This document shows positions 62,338-64,000 of a stretch of DNA of 64,000 nucleotides, piece after piece. Each line of letters opens with the position of its first letter. Within the stretch, counting starts at the first letter, position 1. The translations under genes and the position numbers were made by a program. Under the pieces are notes generated by a model. The model did not search any database, was not told where the DNA came from, and was given only the letters and a program-made list of their open reading frames with translations. The stretch comes from Leucoraja erinacea (Eukaryota): positions 55,118,001-55,182,000 of the forward strand of contig NC_073386.1 in NCBI RefSeq assembly GCF_028641065.1. The letters are read 5' to 3'.

Positions 62338-63648
62338 TCTATATTACTAAATCTCTGATCTTGACCGCTTTTGGCCGACTGTGCTGCGATTTTCGATAGA
62401 ACGCCGCCACCTACGGCCGTCATGTTTGGCCACCTCGCTCAGAGCCCCCCTCCGCCATATCAGTGTGGAGGATTTTTTCTGTCGATGACAAATTAGAGGG
62501 ATATTAATGTTTTTACAAAATTCCCCATTCTCTCTGCTGCCCCCACTGGCGGCAGGGGGAGGGACTATAAAACCAGGAAGCGTCTCTGCCAGACCAGGAA
62601 GCGAGAGGGTCACAGTTCTCTGAGCTGCGAATAACACTGAACGCACGTCTAATCCACGGTGAGTCCCCTCGATGCGCCTGTAAAGTGGCTGCAGTCCTTT
62701 TTAAAAAGTTGGTGTTCACAAAATGAATTTTGTTTGTTGGGTGTCTGCAGCCCAATTGCCTTGCCTTGGCTTTTAAAATCGTTGCAGGGAGGGATTATAA
62801 AACCCAGAAGTGTGGGTGTGGCTCAGTCTCTGCAAGATGGGGGAGGGAGAAGACTCGACTGTCTGAGCTGTGAATCAACTGAACTGTGAGTGTCTACTGA
62901 ACTGTGTGTGGTTTACATGTGGTGTTTTGTGTGGTTTAATGGTGGTTTCCCCCTGCTTGAAATGGTGTGAAACTGCATTTGAATGTGGCCTTGCACCCTG
63001 GCATGAAATGGTATGAAACTGCATTTAAATTGGGTGGCCTTGAGCCTTGCATGAAATGGTAGGAAACTGCACTTGAATTTGGTGGCCTTGCATCCTGCTT
63101 GAAATGGCATGAAACAGCACTAGCATTTGGTGGCTTTGCACCCTGCTTGAAGTGGCATGAAACTGCACTTGAATATGGTGGCCTTGCACCCTGCTTGAAG
63201 TGGTCAGAAACTACATTTGAATTTGGTGGCCCTGCACCATGCTTGAAGTGGTAGGAAAGTGCACTTGAATTTGGTGGCCTTGCACCCTGCGTGAAGTGGC
63301 AGGAAACTGCACTTGAGTTTGGTGGCCCTGCACCATGCTTGAAGTGGTAGGAAACTGCATTTGAATTTGGTGGCCCTGCCCCATGCATGAAGTGGTATGA
63401 AACTGCACTTGAATTTGGTGGCCTTGCACCCTGCTTGGCATGGAATTTCAAGGAATAGCCGTGTCAACTGCCAGCCCACCAGCCGTGAGTGAGCTGCCAG
63501 CACATCAGGCTTTAGTGACTGAGCTGCCACACCAAGAATCCATTTGGCCCCCAATGTCCCTACTAGCCCCCTAGAAACCAGTCCCTTCAGCCCACAACAC
63601 CCATACTAGCACTCCAGAACCCCCCCACACGGGTCCAACTTAGGCTAG
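62338..63648 (+). mobile_element. Non-autonomous Helitron B, fused head-to-tail to A
   Basis: TCTATATTACTAAATCTCTGATCTTG starts directly after A's CTAG; ends ...GGGTCCAACTTAGGCTAG|t; ~48-bp internal repeats. Confidence 0.85.
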
Positions 63649-64000
63649 TACCCTATAAAGATAGGCCTCATTAAAAACTGGAGGTAAATCCCAGCTGTGA
63701 AAGGTTGCACAATGCCTGTTGCTGCACAGTAACATCAAATCTGGAATTAAAGTCGAACAAAATGCCTGTATCAAATTCCACACGCAGATTACTTGAATTT
63801 GCTTATTAATTCCCATGTGATATTGAGTTCCTCTCATCCACTCACCTCACCAATCTGTTGTAGAATCTAAATTCGGACCTTACTCAAGTTTTGTACAGAG
63901 ATGAAATTAAAATATATATTTTACGCTGAGTAATTGTTAACAAAAAAAACCCCTTCAATGACAGAAAATAACAGGTATAAATGTAAAATAAAACAACAAC

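Overview
Repeat-dense vertebrate DNA, almost certainly from a cartilaginous fish (HE1-type SINEs, elasmobranch-style CR1 and Penelope repeats; a skate/ray is my best guess). The only host gene I can reconstruct is an 8-exon VCAM1-like gene on the minus strand (ATG 54115, stop 45534): signal peptide, six Ig exons (all phase 1-1) and a TM/cytoplasmic exon, with a kappaB+TATA promoter. Ig exons 5 and 6 are a near-identical tandem duplicate. Ig exon 7 carries a +1 frameshift in an A-run. The rest is mobile DNA: a full-length Passport-like Tc1, a full-length Gypsy provirus with NRF1-motif arrays in its LTRs nested in an ERV LTR, several non-autonomous Helitrons (one head-to-tail dimer) carrying repeated TATA-Inr-splice-donor modules, Penelope-like fragments with hammerhead-ribozyme cores, CR1/L1/Rex LINE pieces, hAT/Harbinger/THAP MITEs, two minisatellites, a nested 5.3-kb/1.8-kb tandem duplication and a dispersed duplication (23.5-27.5 kb vs 55.4-59.4 kb). 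All alignments and counts were done by eye and family names come from motif recognition, not database searches.
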